A program made the position numbers and the translations under genes. DNA of 64,000 nt from an uncultured Patescibacteria group bacterium (GTDB taxonomy: Bacteria > Patescibacteriota > Patescibacteriia > UBA2591 > CALHIP01). The stretch's first letter is position 1. Each line of letters begins with the position of its first letter. The notes beneath the pieces were generated by a model. It was not told where the DNA came from. It saw only the letters and a program-made list of their open reading frames with translations, and did not search any database. Shown piece after piece: positions 28,842 to 38,098 of the stretch. The DNA is taken from contig CALHIP010000008.1 of assembly GCA_938030745.1 (NCBI GenBank), positions 2,297 through 66,296 on the forward strand. The letters are read 5' to 3'.

Positions 28842-29657
28842 TTATTTATAAAAAATTCGGCCACTAAATCTTAAATCAATATATTCAAGTTTTTTTCGAT
28901 CAGTAATTTTCTCTTTTAAAATTAATAGGAGATTCCTCACCTGCTCTTTAATATCTCCTTTTGGATCAAAATAAATTTTCCAATTTTCTGAAGTAAATGC
29001 TTGATAAATTAAAGCGCCATTTACTTCATTTATTTCAATCTTTAAAATTTTAAAATCAAGATTAGAAGTCTTTTTTAAAAAATCAAAGACAGATAAAATT
29101 GAAATTTCGCTTAATTCTTTCTCTACTTTATTTTCAACTATTGGTAAATTTGCTATATCTACTTCTTCTTGAGAGATCTTTTTAATAATCTCGCCATTTT
29201 TATTTAAAAGAAAATAGTCACCTAAAAATAAAAAAACTACTTCTGGCTTCCAGGCAGAAATTTTTATTTTTATTTCTCGATTAAAATTTCTTTTAATTTC
29301 AAAATTTTCTATTTTTTGATCTCTTAATAAAAGATTTTTTATTTCCTTTTTAGGGAAAAAAAATATATTATCTAAATTTAAAAAATAAAATTTTTTCGAT
29401 AAAATTTTATTAATTTCATTTTTTAATTGTTGTTCATCGATTTTAACTAATGGATAATCTTTAATTTCAAAAGAAATAAATTTGATCTTAAAAATTGGAG
29501 AAAAAAAAATCAAATAAAAAGAGCTAGCCAATAAAATTATCAAAAAAATTAGAGAAAAGATAAAAAATTTTGAAATTTTTTTCTTCTTTTCGTGTTGACG
29601 AAAAGCTATCATTCTTTTAGGAATTTGTTTTTTTTCAAAAAGAGAAATTATCCTCAT
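28842..29657 (-). CDS. ftsQ: FtsQ/DivIB-like cell division protein
   Basis: Basic N-terminus, single TM helix, POTRA-like extracytoplasmic region; positioned directly after ddl as in dcw clusters. Start set at the internal Met (MRIISLF) to limit overlap with ddl. Confidence 0.45.
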   Translation of the reverse strand: MRIISLFEKKQIPKRMIAFRQHEKKKKISKFFIFSLIFLIILLASSFYLIFFSPIFKIKFISFEIKDYPLVKIDEQQLKNEINKILSKKFYFLNLDNIFFFPKKEIKNLLLRDQKIENFEIKRNFNREIKIKISAWKPEVVFLFLGDYFLLNKNGEIIKKISQEEVDIANLPIVENKVEKELSEISILSVFDFLKKTSNLDFKILKIEINEVNGALIYQAFTSENWKIYFDPKGDIKEQVRNLLLILKEKITDRKKLEYIDLRFSGRIFYK

Positions 29658-29667
29658 TCTTTTTGAT

Positions 29668-30738
29668 TTACAAAGGTCCTTTTTTATTTTTATGTGCTTC
29701 AAGTCCTAATTGAATAATTTTATCTAAAAATTCTTCTGGTGACATCCCGACTTCGGCTGCTTGATGAAAAACCATAGTTGACGGTGTTACGCCAGGTAAA
29801 GTATTTGGCTCTAAAACAATTATTTCTCCATTTCTAACAAACATATCAATTCTTGGATAACCTTTAAGATTTAAAATTTGACAAACTTTAATAGCGGTTT
29901 CTTTAGCTTTTTTAGTTGTTTCTTCATCTAATCGAGCTGGAGTAATCATTTCTGCGCCACCAGGAAGAAATTTATCAAGCAAAGTTAAATATCCTAAATT
30001 CTGTTGCCAAGGTGTTTCAGTTAAAGGCAAAGCTTCTAATTCTTCATTACCTAAAACCGAACAAGTAATTTCTATCGCATTCTCAATATATTCATCAACT
30101 AAAATAATCCTATCCCAAATAAAAGCCTTTTTCATTGCCTCATCAAGATCTTTTTCCTCTTTAACAACAGTAATTCCTGTGCTACAACCCTCACGTGATG
30201 GTTTAACTAAACAAGGAAAGCCAATTTCCTTCTTTATCTTCTCTTTAATAATTTTAGCTGAAGAAGGGTCCATCCAATCTTTATCATAAACAGCTAGATA
30301 TTTCGGTACCTTAATTCCATGTAAAGTTAAGATTTTTCTTAAAGCATATTTATCCATTCCAAGTGCTGATGCTAATACACCTGAGCCATTGTAAGGAATA
30401 TTTAAAATCTCTAATAATCCTTGAAAACACCCATCTTCTAAATATTTACCATGACCGATAATAAAGGCAAAATCAATTAGTTCAGGTAATTTTTCATAAG
30501 GAATTTTTTCAGCTTGACCTTCAAGTAGTGCTTCAAGATCTGAAGTTGTATTTTGGATAATCAAAAAATCATTGATTCGCCACAATTTTAATTTTGAATC
30601 AACAAAAATTGGGATTTTCTCATATTTTTCTGCTGGTATTTTATAATAAACATTTCTTCCACCTTCAAGCGAAACTTCTTTTTCACTCGAAACTCCACCA
30701 AAAATAATACCAATCCTTAATTTATTCTTCTTGTCCAT
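29668..30738 (-). CDS. ddl: D-alanine--D-alanine ligase family paralog with variant second-substrate subsite (predicted D-Ala-D-X/depsipeptide ligase)
   Basis: ATP-grasp Ddl fold (IGIIFGGVSSEKEVSLEGG, GYPRIDMF, LEPNTLPG). By alignment to E. coli DdlB the Ser150 position reads Cys (EGCSTG) and the Lys215-Tyr216 position reads Lys-Phe (LDKFLPGG). Confidence 0.75.
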   Translation of the reverse strand: MDKKNKLRIGIIFGGVSSEKEVSLEGGRNVYYKIPAEKYEKIPIFVDSKLKLWRINDFLIIQNTTSDLEALLEGQAEKIPYEKLPELIDFAFIIGHGKYLEDGCFQGLLEILNIPYNGSGVLASALGMDKYALRKILTLHGIKVPKYLAVYDKDWMDPSSAKIIKEKIKKEIGFPCLVKPSREGCSTGITVVKEEKDLDEAMKKAFIWDRIILVDEYIENAIEITCSVLGNEELEALPLTETPWQQNLGYLTLLDKFLPGGAEMITPARLDEETTKKAKETAIKVCQILNLKGYPRIDMFVRNGEIIVLEPNTLPGVTPSTMVFHQAAEVGMSPEEFLDKIIQLGLEAHKNKKGPL

Positions 30739-30897
30739 AGTTTTTAATTATAATAAATTTTTATAAAAATGTTAAGTTGATTCTTAAAATAAAAAAAATT
30801 TTTTAAGATAATAAAACTTTTTCTCATTTCTGATGAGTTCTTTTTTAGATCTCAGTCCATTTGAAATCGTCTTGACTACTCATTAGTTCTTCTTCTC

Positions 30898-31140
30898 TTA
30901 TTTAACCCAGTCAGCTCCTAATTTTCTCATTTTCTGGCAGATGTCTTTTATCTCCCTTTCTAGTGAGAGTAACTCATTTCTCTGATTCTCACAAAGCTGA
31001 CCGCCGAGGGACTCTTTTTTTGCTTCCATCTCAGCCAATTTGTTTAAAATTTCGATTCGTCTTTTATCAATTTCTGTCAGTGTTTCTATTCTTTCTCTTT
31101 CGGGCTGAGATAGAAATTGTTCTTGGCCCCTCTCTTTCAT
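30898..31140 (-). CDS. hypothetical small charged protein, GC-richer than neighbours
   Basis: 80 aa, predicted helical and charged; about 39% GC by hand count versus about 30% nearby; sits between the two ddl paralogs beside a repeat element. Confidence 0.3.
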   Translation of the reverse strand: MKERGQEQFLSQPERERIETLTEIDKRRIEILNKLAEMEAKKESLGGQLCENQRNELLSLEREIKDICQKMRKLGADWVK

Positions 31141-31239
31141 AAATATTGTGTTAATACATTAATACGAAAATTGATTTATTTTTCATTTTTTATTATATCT
31201 TATTTAAATAATTTAGTCAAGAGACCCAAAATAATAATT

Positions 31240-32307
31240 TTAGAGTGGCCCTTTTTTATTCTGATGAGCTTGGAAAGCTAATTCAATAATTTTTGTTAAA
31301 AAATCTGTTAAGCTTAAACCAGCTAAAGCAGCCTGGTGATAAGTCCAAGATGATGGTCCCATACCAGTTGAAGCAGCGGAATTTGGATCAGTTATTAATA
31401 CCTTACCATCCTCTTCAATAAAACCATCAATTCTGGCATAACCTCGGCAACCTAAAGCTAAATATGTCCTTCTCGCCTGCTCCTGAATCTCTTTAATTAT
31501 TTTTTCATCAATTTTTATTGGCGTGATTTTTTTTGAAGCTCCGGGTAGATATTTGTGGTCATAGGTAAAGATTTCTGAATCATAAATTGTTTCTGTTGGT
31601 AAAAAAGCGACTGGATCCTCGTTACCAAAAACAACACAGGAAAATTCACGACCTTTAATTCTTTCTTCAATTAAAACTTCATTATCATATTCTAAAGCAT
31701 AATTTATTCCTTTTTCTAAATCTTTTTCATCTTTAACTAACATTACACCAATAGTTGAACCTTCACGAGTTGGTTTAGTAACAATTGGATAAGAAAATTT
31801 TTCTTTAATTGTTTTTTTTATCGCCTCTTTATTTTTCTCCCAATCACTTCTTTTAATCACTAAATATTCTGGTAAATTTATCCTACCATCTGCTTTCATC
31901 AACTCTCTTTGCATTTTTTTATCTAAACCTAAAGCAGCTGAAAGAACGCCCGAACCAGTATAAGGAATATTCAATATTTCTAAAACTCCTTGAAGACAAC
32001 CATCATCACCATATTTGCCATGAGTAACTAAAAAAGCTAAATCAATTAAATCTTTTAATTCTTCAATAAAAATTCTTTTTGCTCCTTTTATTTGTAAATT
32101 TTCTTCAATCTCTTTGCAAGTGTTGCGAATAATTAAACCTTCTGGAATTTGCCAGAATCTTAATTGAGAATCCCAGAAAATGGCAATTGGAATAAATTTT
32201 GTCCGATCTAAATGTTGATAAACATGCCGACCACCAGCTAAAGAAACTTCTTTTTCTGATGATTTTCCACCAAAAATTACACCAATTCTAAATTTCTTAT
32301 TTTCCAT
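31240..32307 (-). CDS. ddl: D-alanine--D-alanine ligase (canonical active-site residues)
   Basis: IGVIFGGKSSEKEVSLAGG, KPTREGSTIG (Ser retained), FTYDHKYLPG (Lys-Tyr retained), GYARIDGF, DPNSAAS. Confidence 0.85.
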   Translation of the reverse strand: MENKKFRIGVIFGGKSSEKEVSLAGGRHVYQHLDRTKFIPIAIFWDSQLRFWQIPEGLIIRNTCKEIEENLQIKGAKRIFIEELKDLIDLAFLVTHGKYGDDGCLQGVLEILNIPYTGSGVLSAALGLDKKMQRELMKADGRINLPEYLVIKRSDWEKNKEAIKKTIKEKFSYPIVTKPTREGSTIGVMLVKDEKDLEKGINYALEYDNEVLIEERIKGREFSCVVFGNEDPVAFLPTETIYDSEIFTYDHKYLPGASKKITPIKIDEKIIKEIQEQARRTYLALGCRGYARIDGFIEEDGKVLITDPNSAASTGMGPSSWTYHQAALAGLSLTDFLTKIIELAFQAHQNKKGPL

Positions 32308-32372
32308 ATATTTTTAAAAAAATTCTCCTATACTATTTTACGCGGCCGCTTTAAATAGTTTAGTTAGGATTT

Positions 32373-33596
32373 TTATTTATAGATTCTTGGTAAAAGTGGA
32401 TTAATTCGGGTTACTATTTCATAATTGATTGTTCCAATTTTTTCAGCCAGTTCTTCAGCGGTAATTTCTTCATTACCTTGTTTGCCGATTAAGACTACTT
32501 CATCTCCAATTTTAACATTAGGAATTTTTGTTACTTCAACCATTATTAAATTCATACAAACCCGACCACGAATTTGAGCTCGCCTTCCCCGAATTAAGAC
32601 CTGACCTTTATTTGATAATTTTCGATCATAACCATCCCAATAACCTACTGGCAAAACTGCAATTTTTGTTTTTCTTCTACAGCGATAAGTACAACCATAA
32701 CCAATAGGTGTTCCTGCTGATAATTCCTTAACTTGAATCACTTTTGTCTTCCAACTTAAGGCGGGTTTTAATTTTAATCTTATACCTTGTTTTTTTTCTA
32801 ATCCCTTGCTTGTTAGAGCTCCCTTCCAACCAAAAAGATCAGAAGCTAATTTTCGAGTTTCAGCTGATGGCCATAAACCATAAAGCCCGATTCCAATTCG
32901 AACTAAATTAAAATAAGTGGCAGGATTTCCAATAGTTGAAGCGGTACAACCAGCATGAATTAAGTCAAAAAAAGAGTCAAGACCAATTTTTTTGTTAATT
33001 TCTTCCACCACCCTCTTTAATCTTTCAGTCTGTAAAAGCGTATATTTTTGATTATAAGCCTCTGCATTGGCAAAATGGGTAAAGATACCTTTGAAGGTCA
33101 AACCAGGCAATTTAAGGCATTTTAAAACAAAATTTAAGCTATCTTTCGGTAAAACTCCAATCCTTGAGGTGCCAGTATCAATTTTTATATGAATTTTTGC
33201 CTCTTTACCTATTTTTTGGCTTAATTTCGACAAAATTTTTGCCTGTGGATAAGTATAAACAGCAAATTCTATTTCCTGACGAAGGGCTTGAATTTGACTC
33301 TTAATATCTTTAAGATCCCAATAAGTTAAAACAAGGATAGGTTTTTTAATACTTATTTTTCTTAAGATTAAAGCTTCATCTAAATAAGCTACTCCAAAAT
33401 AATCAATATATTCTTTAATAATTTTTGCTACACCAACTAATCCGTGACCATAAGCATTTGACTTAACGACTGCCATTAATTTTATTTTCGGCCCAACAAT
33501 TTTTTTGAATTCTTTCAAATTATTAATTAATGCTGATTTAGAAATTTCTACCCAAGTCAACATAATAATCAAAATTGATTGATAATTTCTGGCCAT
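32373..33596 (-). CDS. alr: alanine racemase
   Basis: VVKSNAYGHG PLP-lysine motif; about 400 aa; an alternative start MLTWVEI at 33563 would remove the overlap with serS. Confidence 0.8.
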   Translation of the reverse strand: MARNYQSILIIMLTWVEISKSALINNLKEFKKIVGPKIKLMAVVKSNAYGHGLVGVAKIIKEYIDYFGVAYLDEALILRKISIKKPILVLTYWDLKDIKSQIQALRQEIEFAVYTYPQAKILSKLSQKIGKEAKIHIKIDTGTSRIGVLPKDSLNFVLKCLKLPGLTFKGIFTHFANAEAYNQKYTLLQTERLKRVVEEINKKIGLDSFFDLIHAGCTASTIGNPATYFNLVRIGIGLYGLWPSAETRKLASDLFGWKGALTSKGLEKKQGIRLKLKPALSWKTKVIQVKELSAGTPIGYGCTYRCRRKTKIAVLPVGYWDGYDRKLSNKGQVLIRGRRAQIRGRVCMNLIMVEVTKIPNVKIGDEVVLIGKQGNEEITAEELAEKIGTINYEIVTRINPLLPRIYK

Positions 33597-34813
33597 TTAA
33601 AAGTTTTATCTTTTTCTTGATAATTTTCAATGATAGCAATTATTGTTCTTGGCATAGCTAAAGCTGTTGCATTTAAAGTATGGACAAAAATATTTTTGTT
33701 ATCTTTGTTTTTATATCTAATTTTTAATCGCCTTGCCTGGAAATCAGTACAATTCGAAGATGAAGCAATTTCACGATATCTTTTTTGAGAAGGAAACCAC
33801 GCTTCAATATCATATGTTGCTGCTGAAGGATAACTTAAGTCACCAGTACAAATTTGAATTACTCGATAGGGCAGGCCCAATTTTTTTACTAATTCCTCTT
33901 CAAGAGCAATAAGAAGTTGATGTTCTTTTTGCGAATCTTCAGGTTTAGTAAAAGAAACCATCTCTACTTTCTCAAATTGATGGACTCGAAAAATTCCTTT
34001 GACATCTTTACCATAAGAACCTGCTTCACGCCGAAACGAGGAACAAGGAAAACCAACATAACGAATTGGCAAATCTTCTTCTTTTAAAATTTCGTTAGCA
34101 TGCATAGCAATTAAAGATTGCTCAGCTGTGCCAATCAAATATAATTTATCTTTTTCTATAAAATAAGTTTCATCTGGTGCCTGATCTAAATAACCCATTC
34201 CTCTCATTATTTCTGGTTTCAACATCAATGGAGGAACAACTGCTATAAATGGCTTATTACTAATTGCTAATTGTTTTTCTTTTATTATTTTTTTTATATT
34301 TTCTTCATTAGTTAGAAAATTAACAGCAAAATTAATAAGTTTTAATTCAAGTAAGGCTACCTTATCTTTTAAATAATAAAAACGGGAGCCAGCAACTTTT
34401 GCTCCGCGTTCGGTATCAATTAAATCACCAACAATTTCTAAATATTCTTTAAAATCACCTTCTGGTATTTTTCCAACTCTTTTTATTTCAACATTCCCTT
34501 TTTCATCTGGATAAACTGGAACATCAGGAAGGGGAATATTCGGAATTTTAAAAATGAGGTTTTGAAAATCTTCTTCTACTTTGTCTAATTCTTTTTCTAA
34601 TTTTTTTATTTCTTCTTTTTTTAATCTTAATTCTTCAATCGGCAAATTTTTATTTAATTTTTTTTCTCTTCTTAATTTTTCTATTTTTTTAATTAATTCT
34701 CTCCTTTTTTGATCTAATTTTAATAATTTATCGAAATCAATTTTAACTCCTCGATTTTGACAAGCAGTTTTTATTTTCTGAAGATTTTGACGGATAAATT
34801 TAATATCAATCAT
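33569..34813 (-). CDS. serS: seryl-tRNA synthetase
   Basis: N-terminal coiled-coil arm (MIDIKFIRQN...), class II catalytic core, 414 aa. Confidence 0.9.
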   Translation of the reverse strand: MIDIKFIRQNLQKIKTACQNRGVKIDFDKLLKLDQKRRELIKKIEKLRREKKLNKNLPIEELRLKKEEIKKLEKELDKVEEDFQNLIFKIPNIPLPDVPVYPDEKGNVEIKRVGKIPEGDFKEYLEIVGDLIDTERGAKVAGSRFYYLKDKVALLELKLINFAVNFLTNEENIKKIIKEKQLAISNKPFIAVVPPLMLKPEIMRGMGYLDQAPDETYFIEKDKLYLIGTAEQSLIAMHANEILKEEDLPIRYVGFPCSSFRREAGSYGKDVKGIFRVHQFEKVEMVSFTKPEDSQKEHQLLIALEEELVKKLGLPYRVIQICTGDLSYPSAATYDIEAWFPSQKRYREIASSSNCTDFQARRLKIRYKNKDNKNIFVHTLNATALAMPRTIIAIIENYQEKDKTFKWPEIINQF

Positions 34814-36263
34814 ATTTTGGCTTAAGAGTTGGAAATAAAATTACCTCTTTAATATTTTTTGAATTGGTTAAAATCATTACCAATCGATCCAGACCAATAC
34901 CACAACCAGCTGTTGGCGGCATACCATATTTTAACGCTTCAATAAAATCTTTATCATACATTTGTGCTTCTTCATCGCCTCTTTCTTTTAATTTCAATTG
35001 TTCTTTAAATCTTTCTTCTTGATCTAAAGGATTGTTTAATTCTGAATAACCATTACAAAGTTCTAATTTACCAACTAAAAGTTGAAATCGTTCAACATAA
35101 TTTGGATCATCTGGTGTTCTTTTTGCTAAAGGTGAAAGTTCAACTGGATAATTAATAATAAAAGTTGGGTCTTTAATCTTTGTTCTGACACACTCTTTAA
35201 AAATTTCATCAACAATTTTTTGCCAAGACCAATTTTTCTCTACTTTCAATCCTAATTTTTTTGCCTCTTGATAAATCTTTTTTTGTTCTTTCAATTCTTC
35301 TAAATTAAGACCAGTAAATTCTTTAATTGCTAAAACAAATTTTTTTCTTTGATAAGGAGGTTTAAAATTTATCTTCTCGTTCCTAAATTTTACTTCAAAT
35401 TGTAATTTTAATTTTTCAAAAAGATAAAGAAAAAGTTTTTCTATTAAATTCATTAAATCGTTATAATCGGCATAAGCCTGATAAAATTCAATTTGAGTAA
35501 ACTCTGGGTTATGCATCCAATCAATCCCCTCATTTCTAAAACATTTAGTAATTTCAAAAACCTTTTCAAAGCCACCAACAATTAATCTTTTTAAATAGAG
35601 TTCAGGAGCAATTGAAAGATAAAGATTTATATCTAAAGCATCATGATAAGTAATAAATGGTTTTGCTATTGCTCCGCCAGCAATTGGTTGTAAAATTGGT
35701 GTCTCGACCTCGATAAAATTTTGTTCAATAAAAAATTGACGAACTGTTTTTATAATTTGAAATCTTTTTTTAAAAACTTCTTTAGTTTCTTGATTAGCAA
35801 TTAAATCTAAATATCTTTTTCGATAACGAATCTCAATATCTTCTAAACCATGCCATTTTTCTGGTAGAGGCAAAAGGGATTTGGCAATAATTCGAAAATT
35901 ATTTAAAACTAATGTTTTTTCTCCTGTTTTTGTTTTCATTAAATTGCCCCTGACCTCAAGAAAATCGCCAATATCAATCAATTCTAAGAAAATTTTATAT
36001 TTTTTCTTACCTAATAAGTCTTCTTTTAAGTAAATTTGAAAATCTCCACTTTCATCAGATAAATTGGCAAAAGTAGCTTTACCATGTTCACGAATACTTT
36101 TTATTCTTCCAACTAAACATATTTCTGAATCTTTCAAATCATTGAATTTATCCTTCACTTCCTGGCAGGTATGAGTTCGAAAAACTCTAGCTGGATAAGG
36201 ATCAATTCCTAAGTTTTCTAATTTTTTCAGTTTTTCTCTTCTTATTTTCTCTAAATCAGTCAT
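34806..36263 (-). CDS. lysS: lysyl-tRNA synthetase (class II)
   Basis: N-terminal OB anticodon-binding domain and class II motifs; ends GCGIGLDRLVMILT... Confidence 0.9.
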   Translation of the reverse strand: MTDLEKIRREKLKKLENLGIDPYPARVFRTHTCQEVKDKFNDLKDSEICLVGRIKSIREHGKATFANLSDESGDFQIYLKEDLLGKKKYKIFLELIDIGDFLEVRGNLMKTKTGEKTLVLNNFRIIAKSLLPLPEKWHGLEDIEIRYRKRYLDLIANQETKEVFKKRFQIIKTVRQFFIEQNFIEVETPILQPIAGGAIAKPFITYHDALDINLYLSIAPELYLKRLIVGGFEKVFEITKCFRNEGIDWMHNPEFTQIEFYQAYADYNDLMNLIEKLFLYLFEKLKLQFEVKFRNEKINFKPPYQRKKFVLAIKEFTGLNLEELKEQKKIYQEAKKLGLKVEKNWSWQKIVDEIFKECVRTKIKDPTFIINYPVELSPLAKRTPDDPNYVERFQLLVGKLELCNGYSELNNPLDQEERFKEQLKLKERGDEEAQMYDKDFIEALKYGMPPTAGCGIGLDRLVMILTNSKNIKEVILFPTLKPKYD

Positions 36264-36285
36264 AAATTATATTATAATAACAAAA

Positions 36286-36741
36286 TTATAAAATATCAAT
36301 AATCTTAAATCTCTTCTTACCAGCTGGCGTCTGGATTTCTCCAACTTCTCCTTTCTTCTTTCCTAAAAGTGATTTGCCTAATGGCGAAGCAATAGAAATT
36401 TTTCCTTCTGAAGGAGAAGAACTTTCAGAACTAACTAAGGTTATTTTCATCTTTTCTTTATCAATCTCAATTAAAACTTTAGAACCAATTGAAATTGTCT
36501 TTTCCTCTTCTTTTTTTGGTTTAACTACAACAGCTATTCTTAAAAGATTTTCCAATCGTCTAATTTCTGCTTCTATTAAACCTTGTTCTTCTTTAGTTGA
36601 AACATATTCAGCATTTTCTGCTAAATCACCGTATTCTTGAGCAGCAGCAATTCTTTGAGCAATTTCTGGTCTTTTTATTTTTTTTAAATAATCTAATCTT
36701 TCTTTTATTTTTTTGTATTCTTCTTCAGTGAGATATTGCAT
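36286..36741 (-). CDS. greA: transcription elongation factor GreA
   Basis: MQYLTEEEYKKIKERL...AQEYGDLAENAEY coiled coil plus a C-terminal FKBP-like domain. The ORF extends to 36780; start set at MQYL. Confidence 0.85.
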   Translation of the reverse strand: MQYLTEEEYKKIKERLDYLKKIKRPEIAQRIAAAQEYGDLAENAEYVSTKEEQGLIEAEIRRLENLLRIAVVVKPKKEEEKTISIGSKVLIEIDKEKMKITLVSSESSSPSEGKISIASPLGKSLLGKKKGEVGEIQTPAGKKRFKIIDIL

Positions 36742-36850
36742 AGGAAAATAAAAAAGATAGCCCTGTTTACTTATTTTCAACAGGTTAAAATTAAATCTGA
36801 ATTGATTATTTTATTATACCAAAAATCTTAAGACAAGATATCCACAGGTA

Positions 36851-36859
36851 TGATATAAT
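36851..36859 (+). promoter_or_regulatory. extended -10 promoter element (TGaTATAAT) for fmt, 7 nt upstream of the ATG
   Basis: gtaTGATATAATatataaaATG; weak -35; a TATCCACAG motif lies immediately upstream. Confidence 0.4.
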
Positions 36860-36866
36860 ATATAAA

Positions 36867-37811
36867 ATGTTAAAACTTATTAATCAAAATTTGCGAATTA
36901 TATTTATTGGCACACCAGAATTTGCAGCAATTATATTAGAAAAATTGATTAAATCTGGTTATTTCCCTATAGCAGTAGTCACTGGACCAGATAAACCATC
37001 AGGCCGCAAACAGATTCTTGTTCCTTCGCCTGTTAAAGTTTTAGCAGAGAAAAATAAAATTCCAATTTTTCAACCAGAAAAAATTATAAATTTAAAATCA
37101 GAGATTAAAAATTTAGATCCAGATTTAATAATATTAGCGGCTTATGGTCAGATCATTCCAAAAGATATTTTAGATATTCCTCGATATGGTGCTTTAAATA
37201 TTCATCCTTCACTTTTACCAAAATATCGAGGTCCTTCACCGATTCAAACTACAATTTTAAATGGTGATAGCAAAACAGGAGTAACAATTATTTTAATGGA
37301 TGAAAAAATAGATCACGGACCTATTCTTGGCCAGAAAAAAATAATTATAAATAAAATAGATTCAGTTGAACTGACAAAAATTTTAGCAGAACTTGGTGGT
37401 GATTTACTGATAGAAATATTGCCTAAATATTTAAAAGGAGAAATTAAGCCAAAACCTCAAAATCATTCTCAAGCAACTTATACAAAATTTATTAAAAAAG
37501 AAGATGGAAGAATCAATTGGCAAAAATCAGCAGAGGAAATAGAAAGAATGATCAGAGCTTATTATCCATGGCCATCTGTTTTTACTAAAATAAAAAATAA
37601 AATATTAAAAATATTTAAAGTAAAAATTTTAAAGATAAATCATAAAAAAGAACCAGGAACAGTTTTTTTGACAGAAAAAAAAGAATTAGCTGTTGCCTGT
37701 GGTCAGGATGCTTTAGTTTTAGAAGAAGTCCAATTTGAGGGTAAAAAACGAATAACTGCTCAAGAATTTATTAACGGTTATCCATGGATTATTAATTTTA
37801 TTCTGAAATAA
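36867..37811 (+). CDS. fmt: methionyl-tRNA formyltransferase
   Basis: RIIFIGTPEFAAIILEKL N-terminus, NIHPSLLPKYRGPSPIQ motif, C-terminal Fmt domain. Confidence 0.85.
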   Translation: MLKLINQNLRIIFIGTPEFAAIILEKLIKSGYFPIAVVTGPDKPSGRKQILVPSPVKVLAEKNKIPIFQPEKIINLKSEIKNLDPDLIILAAYGQIIPKDILDIPRYGALNIHPSLLPKYRGPSPIQTTILNGDSKTGVTIILMDEKIDHGPILGQKKIIINKIDSVELTKILAELGGDLLIEILPKYLKGEIKPKPQNHSQATYTKFIKKEDGRINWQKSAEEIERMIRAYYPWPSVFTKIKNKILKIFKVKILKINHKKEPGTVFLTEKKELAVACGQDALVLEEVQFEGKKRITAQEFINGYPWIINFILK

Positions 37812-37882
37812 AAATTTTTAGAATAAAAAATTTTTAAGTTTTATAAACTATTTATGAAATTTCTGATTTAACCTTTCTAGAT

Positions 37883-38098
37883 TTACGATCCTTGTCTCTT
37901 TCTTCTAAATATTTCTCTTCTTTTTCTCATACAATCACGGCAATAAATCTTATCTAGCCTTGTTGGATCAGGAACAAAAGGTAATTCTTTAATTTCTGCT
38001 CCACACTCACAACATTTAATGTTTAAATCTGAGACATCAAACATCTTTCGTGGCCGAAAACCTCGACGAGTAAAATTTTCATTTCGTTGATGAGCCAT
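37883..38098 (-). CDS. small basic zinc-ribbon protein (CxxC-x20-CxxC)
   Basis: 71 aa; CCECG...CRDC; very basic termini; preceded by a structured intergenic region. Confidence 0.4.
   Translation of the reverse strand: MAHQRNENFTRRGFRPRKMFDVSDLNIKCCECGAEIKELPFVPDPTRLDKIYCRDCMRKRREIFRRKRQGS

Noticed and set aside
32338-32350. GCGGCCGC 8-bp GC palindrome in the alr-ddl intergenic spacer
   Set aside because: A striking GC island in AT-rich DNA, but a single occurrence. It is too short to fold as a hairpin by itself, so it may be a restriction-site-like palindrome or a chance occurrence. No supportable function.
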